A DNA stretch of 64,000 nt from Octopus sinensis (GCF_006345805.1 NC_043003.1:30752001-30816000); one strand, 5' to 3'. Shown: positions 47,121-60,752, numbered from the stretch's first letter. Made by a program: numbers and translations. The notes: generated by a model from the sequence alone, not told the origin.

Positions 47121-48044
47121 CTCCACATATACACATATGTACCATCATCATTTTCATGCTCACTTTTCCATGCTTACATGTGTTGAATGCATTCTTTCCA
47201 ATACACTGTCTTGCCATTTGCGCCTACTTTGTCAGGTTCAGTGCTCTGAGATCAATTTTCACCACTTCTCATTTTTTTCTTGGTCTTCCTTTCCACAGTG
47301 GCCTTACAATTGGATCTCCTGCTATTTCTTTCTTCACCCATCTGTTATCATTCATATGCATCACACATATATGTACATATGTATGTGTGTGTGTGTTTGT
47401 TTCTATATGGGTAAGTGTTTATGTGTATATATGTTTATATATATATATATTCACACACAACACATATACACTCATGCATATATGTATATACACATACATA
47501 CATGGCATCCACCCACTGACATATACACATATGTAATATAATGTAGTATATATGTATATGCAGGGTCATCTATTATGAAATCATTATACAGTTTTTAATT
47601 TTTGTTTTTATAACTTGGTCCTTGGACAAGGCACAAATATGAGCTGTGCACTTAAGAAGTTTGTTTTCCAACCTCATGTTTTGAGTTCAGTCCCACTGTG
47701 TGGGACCTTGGGCAAGTGTCCTCTAGTAATAGCCACAGGCTGGCCAAAGCATTGTGTGTAAATTTGGTTAACAAAGACTGATGTGTGTATGTCCCCTTAT
47801 CTTGATATGGTGTGATAGTTGTAAATGTGTGTCATTGTCATACAAGCTGTGTTTTTCATTTTCAGTATTCTGAGAGGACATGTCTGGCTATGGGAGAGAT
47901 ATTACCTTGCTTGGAAACAGGTGAGGGTTGGCACCAGGAAGTGCATCTGGCTGTAGAAAATCTCCATCAGTATATTTCATATGATCCATGCAACCATAGA
48001 AAAGTGAATATAGAAACTATGGTGATGTGATAGTATTAAAGGTG

Positions 48045-48432
48045 CAGGTATAGTTTTGTGGTAAGAAGCTTGCTTCCCAATCACATGGTTCCAGGTTCAG
48101 TCCCACTCCATGATGCTTTGGGCAAGTGTCTTTTACTACAGTCTCTGGCTGACCAAGTGAGTGGATTTGGCAGACAGAAACTGAAAGAAGCCTGCTATAT
48201 ATGTGCGTGTATGTGTGTGTGTGTCTTTGTCTTCCACCACTGCTTGACAACAGGTGTTGGTGTGTTTATATCCTTGTAACATAGCGGTTTGGCAAAAGAG
48301 ATCGATACAATAAGTACCAGGCTTAAGAAAAAACAAAAAAAGTACTGGGATCTATACATTCAACTAAAAGTTCTTCAAAGCGGTGCCCCAGCATGGCTCC
48401 AGTCAAATGAATGAAACAAGTAAAAGTTAAAA
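48045..48432 (+). mobile_element. CORE-type SINE
   Basis: Colinear with 3887-4287. Confidence 0.75.
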
Positions 48433-48692
48433 GATAATGTTCAGAGGAATTTTGCAACCTTATTGTCCTCAGTCGAAGTGTATTATAATTACTTATTAAT
48501 CATTAAAAAAATTCACCCTAATTCAATTTGCAATTTATGACCAGCCACCTTAAGGATTGAGACACAGTAGGCAGCTGCCTGGGGCTCCACTCGTCTGGGG
48601 GAATCACACTGCTAATTTATATATTGTGGTTGTGTTTATAGTGGCTCTAGTGCACTCTTTCATGCTGTTAAGATAGCCCAACTAGGATAACT

Positions 48693-49121
48693 GGATCTTT
48701 TCGGTTTGACCGGCAGATTTTTTCTTGCGGTGTCATATGAAATTGTCACCCATAATTATGACCCTAGTATCGATCTATTGCATTTCAATCTGTTTTAGGG
48801 TTAGGGTTAGTTAGGGTTAGGGGTGGGGGAAGGGTATCTTTTTTTCTTCAGAAATGTAAATAAACCCAATCTGTTTCTTAAATGAGAGACATATTCATAC
48901 AGCACAGAATGTTTTCACCTCAATAGACGTCATTGATTTGTTGAAAGTGCAGAAATCGAAGAAAAAAAAAACAACAAATTTCTTACAAACTATAGAATTT
49001 TCTCAATAAAGCCAAGAGAAAAAGATGTTTTATAAACACATTCTACCAGTATACGAAGTTTAAAAGTGTTTAGTTACGTGGAAATTATTTTAAAAAACTG
49101 CCGGTCAAACCGAAAAGATCC
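48693..49121. mobile_element. Merlin-like MITE, copy 3 (opposite orientation)
   Basis: TIR GGATCTTTTCGGTTTGACCGGCAG. TSD GGATAACT at 48685-48692 and 49122-49129. Confidence 0.9.
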
Positions 49122-51644
49122 GGATAACTAATGTATTTTAGGATACAACTGCAAATTAGTTGCAAAATGTATTTCCAGAACTTTAAAATCACAACACAAT
49201 TTGCTTATGCTACAGTGGCAACAGTATACTCACAGTTTATGATTTCAATAATAAATCTCTATCTAATATTGTAATAAATTTTTTCACTTCTCCTTTTCGC
49301 AGATTTACCAGATATAGAACTAAAGGGATATTTTCCAGTTTAAGCTCCGAAGCAGGAGATTTTTTTAAATGGAAAATAAATTGATTGATTCCTTTGTGCT
49401 TGCAAAAATATGAATTATTTGAAAAGTTATGAGGAAACAAAGATTTGGGGGGTTGAAGATTAAATTTTGGATCACATTGAGGAAATTTAGTTTTGTTTTA
49501 AAATCATTTTGCTTCAAGTGGGGGTTCGTTTGGTATTTCCTAAGTTGAATGTGTCAAGCATTGTCTGTTTTTCTAAATACCAGGACTTTTAAAAAATGTT
49601 CCAACCGTACAGTTCTAACTCTACAGTTTAGTGCCTTCCCCTCTTCTTTGGAATTTCTTTCCTCATAACATACATAAAAAAAAAAAAAAATGTCATATTC
49701 TTTTTTTCTTGCATGCACTAAGTAATTAACCAAATTATTTTGGCATTTTGAAGTTTTATCTAAACTGCAGGCCATCTAACAAAAGTTACTCAAATTTAAA
49801 ATTGCACAAAACTTTTTTTTTAATGAACCTGTATATGCACACGTGTGCACACACACACATAAACACGCATTTGTGCATGTATGAGTGTAAATGTATGTAT
49901 ATATGTGTGTGTCTATATATATATATATATGAGTGTATGTATGTATGTGTATATGTGTATGTAAATATATACATGTGTGTGTGTATATATATGTATGTGT
50001 ATATATATATGTGTATATATATATGTATATATATGTGTGTATATATATATATACCTCCTCCACTCTTATTTCTTTTCTTCCAAGAACGTTATTCGTGATC
50101 AAAGGGCTGACAGAAACGAGTGGAAAAATGAAGCCCAAAAGTCTTGAAACAAAACAAAACAAACATGCATTCACGCATATTGTCCACTATTAATTCGTAT
50201 TTTCGAATGTGTATTGATCCATGTCTGCACGGTGGGATTCATCCAGATGACTATAACAATTACAGTTTTCAAGGTAAGACATCAGATGAAACCGCAGAAG
50301 GAGAGAGAGAGAGAGGGTGTACGTGTTTATTGTTTGACCCCCTGGTCAACCGCGAGTGAGCTTGCCCATAATTAAAGGTACTTTAACCTGAACATCCCGT
50401 ATTTTTCAGGTATGGTGTACCTAACATTGCATTATAACAATACATCCTTTGAATTAAGGGAGATTCGGTGACTGGCGCGAATGTTAGATGCGATGTTTTT
50501 TTTATGTTGTTATTTGAACAGTGTGTGTGGAACCGTGTGTATATATATGTGTGTAAAAGAACAACAAAAAAGCATGGTTCAGAATCTAGATGGAGTGTGT
50601 ATAATGTAGTAACTGCGTGTTGACAAAAAGAAGATTAGTGTAGTGTACTACGTGTGGTTGTTCATTTATTATTATTCTGCTTATGTGACAGAAACGAAAA
50701 TTGTGTTATGTGGAACATCACGTGTAGTTAACAGTCATGTGTGCGTAGATATGTATAGGAATTTAACGCGATTATTGTGCGTGTATTGTGTGTCTTTGTG
50801 TAGCCTGGAGGTAATGACAGAGCAGACATAGATGTATGTTGTATGTGAGAATCAAAACAGAGTGAAAGCTACATAAACAAGAATAAAAGCGAGGCTGATT
50901 TATAACGTGTTAGCCAATTTCACATTGTCAAATTTTAGATGGTATCAGTTTCGTAATTGCAGAAAAGAAGCGAATGAACGGTGTATTTGAAGAAGTTTTC
51001 AATTGTTACTTAAAGGAGTTATGAGTGGAGATAGTGCAGTAACACAATCATGCACGTATTGGTACGATGAGCATTTGGCAATACTTAAAGTGCTATTATT
51101 GAACAATATGTTCTGTGATTATTTATTTATTTCATAGATTTGCTGTTCCGTTTATATATAATTACTTCAATTTTGCTGATAATTATTATGGTCAAAGGTT
51201 GGTAAAGTAACTATCTTTTATTTGTTTAAAGCTATTATTGATATAACACTGTTTTTTTTTTTGCTTACACAGCAACAATTTATGTTTGGCGGTATACAGT
51301 TTTGAAATATATACTTTGTGGAATGTCTTTAAATACCAAGAATTTCTGAATACCCTTTTAAGCAAGCCATTGTCATTTTTGAAATAATCCTTTCTGGTAT
51401 AGGTACATGGCCTGAAAATTTTTTTGGGAAAAGGGGACGAGAGGAAGGGACTAGTTGATTACATCGACTCCAGTGCTTGACTGGTACTTGATTTATGAAC
51501 TCTGAAAGAATGAAAGGCAAAGTCGACCTCAGTGGAATTTGAACTCAGAATGTAAAACCAAAAGAATTTTCTCCAGCATACTAACAATTCTATTAATTTG
51601 TACTTAGACAAAACTTTTCATTTTTAGAATGTTATAGCAGTTTC

Positions 51645-51995
51645 TCTTGCTTAACAACCCACATGGTTCTGGGTTCAGTTCCACTGCGTGGCACCTTGGG
51701 CAAGTGTCTTCTGCTGTAGGCTCGGGCCGACCAAAGCCTTGTGAGTGGATTTGGTAGACGGAAACTGAAAGAAGCCCGCATGTCGTATATATATATATAT
51801 TATATATATATATATGTGTGTGTGTGTGTTCCCCCCCCCAACATAGCTTGACAACCGATGGTGGTGTGTTTATGTCCCCGTAATATAGCGGTTTGGCAAA
51901 AGAGACTGATAGAATAAGTCCTGGGGTCGATGTGCTCAACTAAAGGCAGTGCTCCAGTATGGCCACAGTCAAATGGCTGAAACAAGTAAAAGAAA
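51645..51995 (+). mobile_element. CORE-type SINE
   Basis: Colinear with 3887-4287. Confidence 0.75.
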
Positions 51996-52011
51996 AAAGA
52001 ATATATATATA

Positions 52012-52049
<38 letters not shown>

Positions 52050-52199
52050 GTAGAGTTTTATTTTTGTAACAGTTGAAATTAGATTTGTGTAAACAATAAT
52101 ATGAAATGTCGGAGTCGTAATCAATTTGTAAAGATTGCTTCTTCGTTGATTGCCATTATGTAAAGATGAAAGAACAGTGATTGAAGTTGTGAAGAAGAT

Positions 52200-53410
52200 A
52201 TTTATTTATGTTACATTGTATATACCTTGCCTCGATGGGCAGGTATGATTTGAGGTATGGATTTGTACTAAGTTTGAATTGTTTCTAAAGGAATTTTTAT
52301 CCATTCTTCAGCTAAAATGTCTCCAGTTCTTGTAGTGATGATGGTGGAGGATATTGACTCCTTACTTGTTTTTATAAAGTGCACCATAAAAGTTCAATAA
52401 TATTCAGATTTGGGGGCTGGTGGCCAGATAAGATGTTCAACTTCATTAGAATGTTCCTTGTGCCATTCAGTAACAACTTTAGCTGTGTGAATTGGTGCAT
52501 TATCATCCTGAAAGATTGCATTTCCCTCTAGAAACAGTTCTGCAACCATAGGGTGAATTTGATCAGATAAACTGCTTAATCTTGACTATTAATTCTGTCA
52601 TGAAGGGAAACTATTGGGCTGGTGGATTTCCAAGATATAGTCCCTCACCCAGATCATCACAGATCCTCCTCCATGTTTAACAGTTGGAAGAAGGCAGTCT
52701 GGGTCAAATGCTTCTTTTGGCTGTCTCCACACGTATACTCAGCCAGTAGTCAGAATAAGGTAAAAGATAACTTGTCCGAGAAAATAATATTCTTCCACTG
52801 CTCTAGGTACCAATTCTGTGGGTTTTTAGTTCACTCTAAACACTTTGCAATGTTTGTTTTTGAAAGTAGTGGTTTTCTGATTGCAGCCCTCCCATGAAAT
52901 CTGGCTTTGTGCAGCTCCTGGTGAACAGTTTTTGTGGAAACTGAGTTCTCGAGGTGGACTTTAAGCTCTGCTGTAATTTTGGGAGCTGTACTTTTGTGAT
53001 CCTTTCTAACAATTCACATGAGAGTCCGACAGTCCCTATCTGAAAGTTTTGGTTTTCTTCTGGAGTTTTGTTTTGATGAGGAGGTTTTTCCCTCTTTCTC
53101 AAGGGCTGTCATTACTTTCAAGACAGTACTTCTTAATACACCAAACATTTTGGCTGTTTTCATTATGCTAGCGCTTGTCATACGAGCACCAACAATTTGA
53201 CTTCTTTGAAAGTCCGATAGATCTGTCATTTTAATGAATTTTAACTACCTTTTTCTGATGATATCTGAAAAGAAACAGCAATTTTAGCAAAACATATTAA
53301 GTAACACTAATAATAAATCAAAAAACATAAAAATAAACAAACTTTTGGTGGTTTTATAGATATTTCAAAATTATGATTCTAGGTGTTTCCATTATTTTGT
53401 CCAACCACTG
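52200..53410 (-). mobile_element. Tc1-like transposon remnant
   Basis: One TIR CAGTGGTTGGACAAAATAATGGAAACACCT ends at 53410 next to TA. Frames read MTDLSDFQRSQIVGARM...KMFGVLRSTV, RAAIRKPLLS, QWKNIIFSD and QYPPPSSLQELE. Many stops; the second TIR is not clear. Confidence 0.8.
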
Positions 53411-53439
53411 TATATGTGTGTGAGTGTGTGTGTATGTAG

Positions 53440-53690
53440 CCGGGACTTTTGACAATATGCTTTGCCTGAGAAGACTCATCAAGCCAAGTGAAATTATAGT
53501 TGTGGCCAATGGTACGTAAAAAGCACCCATTACACTATTGGAGTGGTTGGCATTAGGAAGAGTATCCACCCGTAGAAACCGTGCCAAATCAAATTGGACC
53601 TCATGCAGCTCTCCAGCTTACAGGTTTCAGTCAAACCATCTAGCCCATGCCAGCATGGAAAGCAGAGGTTAAATGATGAAGATGATGATG
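53440..53690 (+). mobile_element. RTE 3'-UTR fragment
   Basis: Same UTR and (GAT)n tail as 19075-19650. Confidence 0.7.
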
Positions 53691-55229
53691 ATATATATGT
53701 ATATATGTGTATACACACACACACATTGTGTATTGACAAGTTTAGAAGACTTCACTGCTGGATGAAATGCATTTTAGCATACAGGCACACATTTGTGCAC
53801 AAAGGCACTTGCAATATGCTCACACACACAAGTCTACATACATAAAACTACATATATACCCACTAGCATAGATAGGGGAGGGGGCGGTGGGGGTTTCCTG
53901 GCCTGGGTAGCAATATGTGTTGTTTGTGGGGTCTGGGGATGGCAAACAGAAGGGACACCCTGGACAGCACACTCTAGCTATGCTAATTTATATACCTTTT
54001 GGTCCCAGTCTACACCTGCTGTCACCACTTGTCTCTCTATCACTCCTGCTTCCATCACTCTACTATCTTCTGTATCATTACTATGTAACATATCACACTT
54101 TCTGTACTGCCAGTCATCACTTCCTCTTCCTTGAGCAACTTCATACTGACATCCATCTTTCATTGTTATCATTGACCAACTCAAACCCTAGCTCACTATT
54201 GGCTACCTACATTTCATGTTTATCTCTGACTGTCTCTGCTCCTATTCTATTCCATCACTCACTATCCTTCTCCATAAACCCTCTTGCAACCAATACCCAC
54301 CCTTCATATACTCATTCTTTATGATGCTTCTGTCACCATGCACTCTTCTGTTCATCTTCTTGGCCATATTAACTTTAAGGCATGCTCTTGCTTCTCTTCA
54401 CTATCATGTTTATCTCTCTTTCAGGCACCACTGCTTCCCACCCCTGTCACCTGCATATAATGCAGAATAGTCCTGAATCTCTTCCTGCTCAATCCATCCC
54501 AATATTCTCTTCATCACTCTCTGAATTTCTTTTACTAACTGTTGACATTACTCCTTGTCTTTCTTCCTATTACTCACTTCCCCAACAGTGTCTCTATTAG
54601 TCTTTTCACTAATACATTCTCAGTACAATAAGTGTTCTTGCATTATATTTAGCTGCTATTTCTAGCAGATCAAGATGCCCCCCCCCACTGGTTCATCTTA
54701 TTTCTAAATATGTTAGAACAATGATATATAACAAATTATCTATTAACTTCATCACTAAGATAGTAAATGTATATAAAATCAAAGACGTAAGCATCTCATG
54801 CTAGTTAAACTGTGTCTGATTTAGAAGACAATGATAAAAGCAGATAAAAAACTTCAGAGATGAACTAAAAGATAAATTCTTATATTAAAACCCCATTCTT
54901 CACATCCTAATAATTCTGGAAGTTGAAGGAAATGGTTCTATAATATATTTGATCCACTTGTACAGTAGTCAATTTTCCCATCATTTCCAAGCAAGTCTAT
55001 GGACTACATTCAGTTAAGAGATGATTAAATGAAGAACACCAGAAGCCTTAATCAAAAGCCATTCACATAAAATTGGTCATTAAAAGGGTGATTACATTGG
55101 TGATGCCCCAGCATGGTAACAGACTTAGGGCTGAACGATAAAAGAAAAAAAGAATATATATATATATATATATATATAATACATATATATGTATCCCAGA
55201 GTCACATACAAAGTGTGATCTCGGGATTG

Positions 55230-55830
55230 ATATGAGCAATGATGCCTTGTTTGACATGCATATCAACCAAGATGATGGCAGTGTGCTGGTGAATGGTTGG
55301 ATGGATTCTGAGAATCTTCAGAACAAGGGACCAGGAAACTATGCTGGTTCTATGGAGGACATTTGTCCTCAGCTGTCTGGACTACTGTTCTCAACTGTGG
55401 TGATCCTACAATGTCAGATTAATAGTGGAACTTGAGGCAGTTCAGCAATGTTACACCAGGAAGATTGCATCAATGGAGCAGCTGAGCTACTGGAGAGACT
55501 GAAAGAGCTGCGACTTTACTCTCTGGAGCGAAGATAGTAGAGGTATGCAGTGATATATGTAGGAAGGATCCTGGAGGGGCTGGCACCAAACTTTGGAATC
55601 AAAAACTATACCCAATCCCAAACTGGATGTTGCCGCAGTGTTCCAAAGGTCCCAACTATCCCATCTACAGTGAGGACCATGTACTGCAAGAACTTGGGAT
55701 TCGAGGACCCACAGCTATTTAATGCCTTGCCAAAACATCTGAGGGATCTTCATGGAGTGAGGGTAGATGTTTTAAAGAAACAACTTGACTTCCTGCTATC
55801 CGAGGTCCAAACGAACCAAAATCAAGGCAG
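55230..55830 (+). pseudogene. CR1/L2-group LINE ORF2 C-terminal fragment
   Basis: LVLWRTFVLSCLDYCSQLW, ELEAVQQCYTRKI, YSLERR..RYAVIYVGRILEGLAPN and PQLFNALPKHLRDL. Confidence 0.8.
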
Positions 55831-55989
55831 GTGATCAATTATAAAGGAATCAAAAGAGGCAGTTTTAGAAGAATGAAACTGCTGAATTAGATAACGAAAG
55901 TTAAGGAGAGAGTCATAGCATTATTAATTTGTGACAGAGCAGATCTGAATGAGATGCAGTTGGCTTTGTGCCTGGTAGTGCAATCTTCC

Positions 55990-56250
55990 TAGTGAGGTAC
56001 TGTAGGAGAAATACCTGGCTACAAGCAGACCACTATACTTGGCATTTGTTGACCTGAAAGAACGCATTTGACAGGGGACCATGTTCAGTAACCTGGTGGA
56101 CACTAAGGAAACTAGATACAGACAGATTGTTTGTTAGGGCTGTACAAGCTATTTAAAAAGATGCAGTTAGTAAAGTGTGAGTTAGCAGTGATTACAGTAA
56201 TAAATTTTGTGTGAAGATAGGGGTCTATCAAGATTTTGTCCTCAAAAATC
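55990..56250 (+). pseudogene. RTE reverse transcriptase fragment
   Basis: EKYLATSRPLYLAFVDLK..FDR..WWTLRKL, homologous to 20660-20760 on the minus strand. Confidence 0.7.
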
Positions 56251-57074
56251 TTCTCTTCACTCTAGTCCAACAGACTTACATTTATATATGTTCCCACACA
56301 TACATGTTTATGTTTGTATATATCATCATTATTATTACTAAGAAAACTGAATTTACAAAATTATTAGCACCCCAGACAAAATGCATTTCTTCTGGCTTTA
56401 TGTTCTGAGTTCAATTTACCCCTCCCTTCAAAATTCTGACAGTGAATTGACAGAATCATTAGCACACCATACAAAATGCTTCGCAGCATTTCATCTGGCT
56501 TTATGTTCTGAGTTCAGTTTACCCCTCCCCTGAAAATTGCTGGTCATGTGCTAAAATTTGAAACAGTTATTCTTAAGGCAGTAAGCTGGCTGAAGTGATA
56601 GATATTCGAAAAATGCTTACAGGCATTTCTTCTAAAACCTATGTCCTGAGTTCAAATCCTGCTGAGGTCAAGTTTACCATTCATCCTCTTGTGGATGATA
56701 TTGGGGTTGATGTAATCAATTGGTCTTCTCACAAGATTTCAGGCTTTGTGCCTATAATACAAAGTTATTATTTGTCAGCAGAAGTCACTCAAGAGCTGAG
56801 AGTTTGGTGCTAAAGTGGCTGTGCACGAAACTCTTGACCTTTGAGTCATTTTGTATCATTTGAAGAATAAACATAATGAAGGTTTCAAATTATGGCACAA
56901 GGCCAGCCATTTTAAGGGAGGGTTAAGTCAATTGCATTGCCCTCCCATTGTTCAGTTGTTACTTATTTTGTCGACCCTGAAAAGATGAAAGGCATAGTCG
57001 ACCTTAATGAAATTTGAATCCAGAACTTAAAAAGCTGGAAAATATGCCGCTAAGCATTTTCTAAGGATAAATAA

Positions 57075-57545
57075 TAATAATTTGTTTATTGGCCACAAGG
57101 GCTTACATAAAATTACATACAACATAAAAGACAAAAACAGGATGATACAATGGGTTTTACAACGTGTAAACAAGATAAATGATTAAAAATTAAACAATTT
57201 AAAACTCCCAATAGAGGAGACGCTTTAAGGACCTCGTGGAAAAACGCACAAAAGCCACAGGTGCCTGAACAACAGGCCTAAGGCATTTTTTTTGTTTACA
57301 AGTACACGCTCAGAATTGGTCCTTTCAACAAACTTGCTACAAGACAACACTTCCCTCTCTACCCTCAACTTCCTCTTCAAGTGAAACTTGAAAAAGTTGA
57401 TTAGTGTTTGGCCAAAGAGAAAAGTGCCTGTCTTTAGCCCTTTCAAACGGGTCCACCATACTACCTCTTTCGCTACAGCCACTAGACAAATAAAAATTGC
57501 CTTCCCCTCCCGGCCAAAAGAGGGCGGTGGGGCAATCTTCACCAC
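57075..57545 (-). mobile_element. 3' end of an L1/Tx1-clade LINE
   Basis: FGREGKAIFICLVAVAKEVVWWTRLKGL...FFKFHLKRKLRVERE is a typical Tx1/L1 ORF2 end. It is followed by a T-rich UTR, AATAAA and a (TTA)n tail. Confidence 0.75.
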
Positions 57546-59669
57546 CACCACCACCACTACAACACAACCCTTTCTACTATAGGTACAAGGCCTGAATTTT
57601 GGTAGGAGGGGGCTAGTCGATTAAATCAACCGGTACTTATTTTATCAACCCCCAGAAGAATAAATAGCTAAGTCGCCCTCAAGCAGAATTTGAATCCAGA
57701 ACTTTTTGAATAAATATGTCACTAAGCATTTTGTAAGGATTAATAAAAAATAATAATATATTGTATACTGACTTCTATTTATCCAGGTTGTCCTATCAAT
57801 ACCCCCCCTCTCTCTCTATCTATCAATCTCCCTCTCTCTATCTCTCAATTCATCAACCCCCCCTCTCTCTCTATCTATCAATACGTGCGTGCGCACACAC
57901 ATTTAGTTTGTAGGATCTAAACGTATCAAATACAAGGATAAATGCAATAAGATCAACATATATCAGATAGATATAGTGCGCAAACAAACATAACTTTTCA
58001 AATTTTAAACCATATTGCGAAATAACTTATGGACTCTCTTTTCTCAATACTTCCTCCGCCTTCCCTCTCTCCCTCCAACATACACTCACTATTTATGTAA
58101 CACTCTCACTCACGCTTCATAATTTTAAATACTCTTCGGTTATTTAGTGTCATTTTTTTTTATTGTCTTGTCTTATGTGCATATAAAGGAATACAATTCG
58201 TCGGCTGTGTTTTCTATGCAAAACACGCATTGAGGTAAGGTTTTCTCACTTTAAAAAAAATCGTTTTGTTTGGTTTATTTAACATATACTTAGCATGCTT
58301 GTTGCTGTTGTTCCAGTCGTGACCATCCCGTCTGTCGAGCAGTGGTTAGGACCACATTATCTAACTAACGAATCTCTTGTGTCTTTTCGTTACCCCCCTT
58401 TTTTTTTTCTTTAAGGCGATACGGTGTGAATTGAAGGAAGTTTAACTGCGAGTTCTATTAGGTCAAGCGACTTATGCAAACGCCTCCGCCTGCAAACCGC
58501 TACTCACCATATATCGTATTTTGTTATTTAATAAACTCAAATAGGCTTTGAAAGAGTTTTAAGTAAAGTCCTATATCTTGCACGACTAAATAAAATGCAT
58601 TTTCTGATACACTTACATTTACTATGTGAGCTCACACTCGAACGTTTGTTATTTCAGCTTAGTCTTCAGTTAAAATCAACGCTGCACTCAACTTGTCACT
58701 TTTCGTCCTTCTGCAGGTATAGAAAATCAATACCAGTGATATATATATAAAGCCCAAAGGTTTTCATTGATTACATTTACCGCATCCCCAGTGAGACAAA
58801 CCCTATAAAATTCCTTTTTTTTTTTTTTTTTCTTTTTTAATGAAGAGAAACTATCTGGTTCGTAAGAAAAACAATCACAAAACCTGTTGTTCGGCAAAAG
58901 AGACTTAAATAGAATAAGTAACAAGCTTTAAAAGAAAAAAAAAAAAAATATTGGGAGTGATTCGTTCGACTAAAATCCTTCACAGTGGTTCCAAAACATG
59001 ACCACCGTTCAATAACTAAAGCGAGTAAATGATGAAGAAGAAAGGACGATGGTCTTGAGAAGCCCTTTTTTTTCTCTAAGCAAATATTCAACACTTTTAC
59101 TAATTCACTAAGCTTTTTCGCAATGTATATTACTTCGACGACATAACGAGGGAACTTCTTGGCTTGTTTCATCTGCTAGAAATAGTTACCAAACACATTA
59201 TTGGGTAATGTAATCTTAGAAAGACGTAATGGTTGTGACCGGAATGTCATAACTTAATCAGTGCTGATAATATCAATTTGATAGTAAAAAGAGGAAGAAA
59301 GGAAAAAATTGTAACTAGTCTGTGGAGGTGATTCAAACTCTTCTCTACCCCTCTATCTCTCTTTCTGTCTGTCTGTCATTAGCTGAGAATATTAAAGTGA
59401 AAGTAATATCTTAAACTCAGAGCGCAAAATACATGCACACACACACACACGGTAATATGTAACGGTAAGATCCAAGAATCAAGGTGTAGAAAGTTAGTAA
59501 GCTTCGAGTAGTCCGTAGAAGGTGTAGAAAAACAACTTTCAGGAACAATAGTGGTTTATTGACGTAGAATGTTGTAAATTTTCCCCATATCGAAATTCGA
59601 TAAGCTGAAAAAATTTATTTTATAGTTCACGGTTAGCGGCTGGGTTTGGTGTGTATGCGAATAAAAGTC

Positions 59670-60665
59670 CAAATTTAGGGAATGGTGTAGATAAAATCAA
59701 AGCTACATTTGTTTCTTAACTTACAGACCCCACCCCCTCCATTTTCTCCCAAATTTGATTATTTTTGTAATTTTTTTTTTGCCCAAAATACCCGTTTTCA
59801 GATACGGAGGTTCCGGAAAATTGCCAAAAATCGGTATCGTGAACCCCCTCCCCCCAACTTCAATTTTGACTTTTTTCTTCAACACTAACCCTAAAACCGT
59901 AACCGTAAGTACAGAAATGTTTTGAAATTTTTGTCCGAATCATGATGTCCATATTTTTCTGCATATTTAGAAAAACAAAAAAAAATTCTTAAAAAAAATT
60001 TTCAAAGATTTTTGGAAATTTTTTTCAGAATCATAATCTCCATATTTTTCTGTATATTTTGAAAAAAAAAAAAATTGTGAAAAAAGTGGGGGGTAATTTA
60101 GAAATGTTGATTTTTGCCAATTTTTTTGCAGATTCCCCGTAGCCGAAAAGGGGGACTTGTGTCGAAAAAAAAAAATGTTAAAAGGGTGGTTTGGTGGTGG
60201 TGATGGTGGGGGACGGGCGGAAGTCTTGCTGAACCTCGGAAGTAGTAATTATTGAAAACGAAGGGTAATCCACTAGCTTCTCATCAGCTCAAAGATACCT
60301 TAGTCGGCAAAGGTAAAGAATACACACACTCAGTGTTTAGGATGATGGTGTGCGTATTCTTTACCTCTGCCCTTTAGTCAAATGAAGGTTACATTGTCAA
60401 GGGATTCCATAACTCACAGATTTGATTTAAAATGTGTGGAAAGCACCACATTGGATCGAAAATGCGGGCTTTCCACGCTCTACGCATTTTCGATCAAATC
60501 TCCTGCGAGTTAACATGGAATCCCTTGATGACAATGTAACCTTCATTTCACTAAAGACGAGCAGCTAGCGGATTACTCCTCGTTCAGGTAATTTCTACTT
60601 CTGGGGTTCTGCTAGCTATGAAACATAAGTAGCCGGGATTTTATCTATTCCATTCCCTAAATTTG
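59670..60665. mobile_element. ~1-kb element with imperfect 46-bp TIRs and a nested multi-level hairpin (60372-60556)
   Basis: caaatttagggaatggtgtagataaaatcaaagctacatttgtttc versus gaaacataagtagccgggattttatctattccattccctaaatttg. Internal ~90-bp tandem duplication at 59935-60065. No TSD recognised. Confidence 0.55.
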
Positions 60666-60693
60666 TGTGTGCGTACAGACACACGCATGTATG

Positions 60694-60752
<59 letters not shown>

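Noticed and set aside
50207-50273. EGF-like look of CIDPCLHGG
   Set aside because: The remaining EGF cysteines are absent, so no domain is claimed.
59458-59570. ~110-bp repeat (also 15770-15880) starting TGTAAC with AATAAA on the minus strand, possibly a solo LTR
   Set aside because: No second terminus, TSD or PBS/PPT could be identified.
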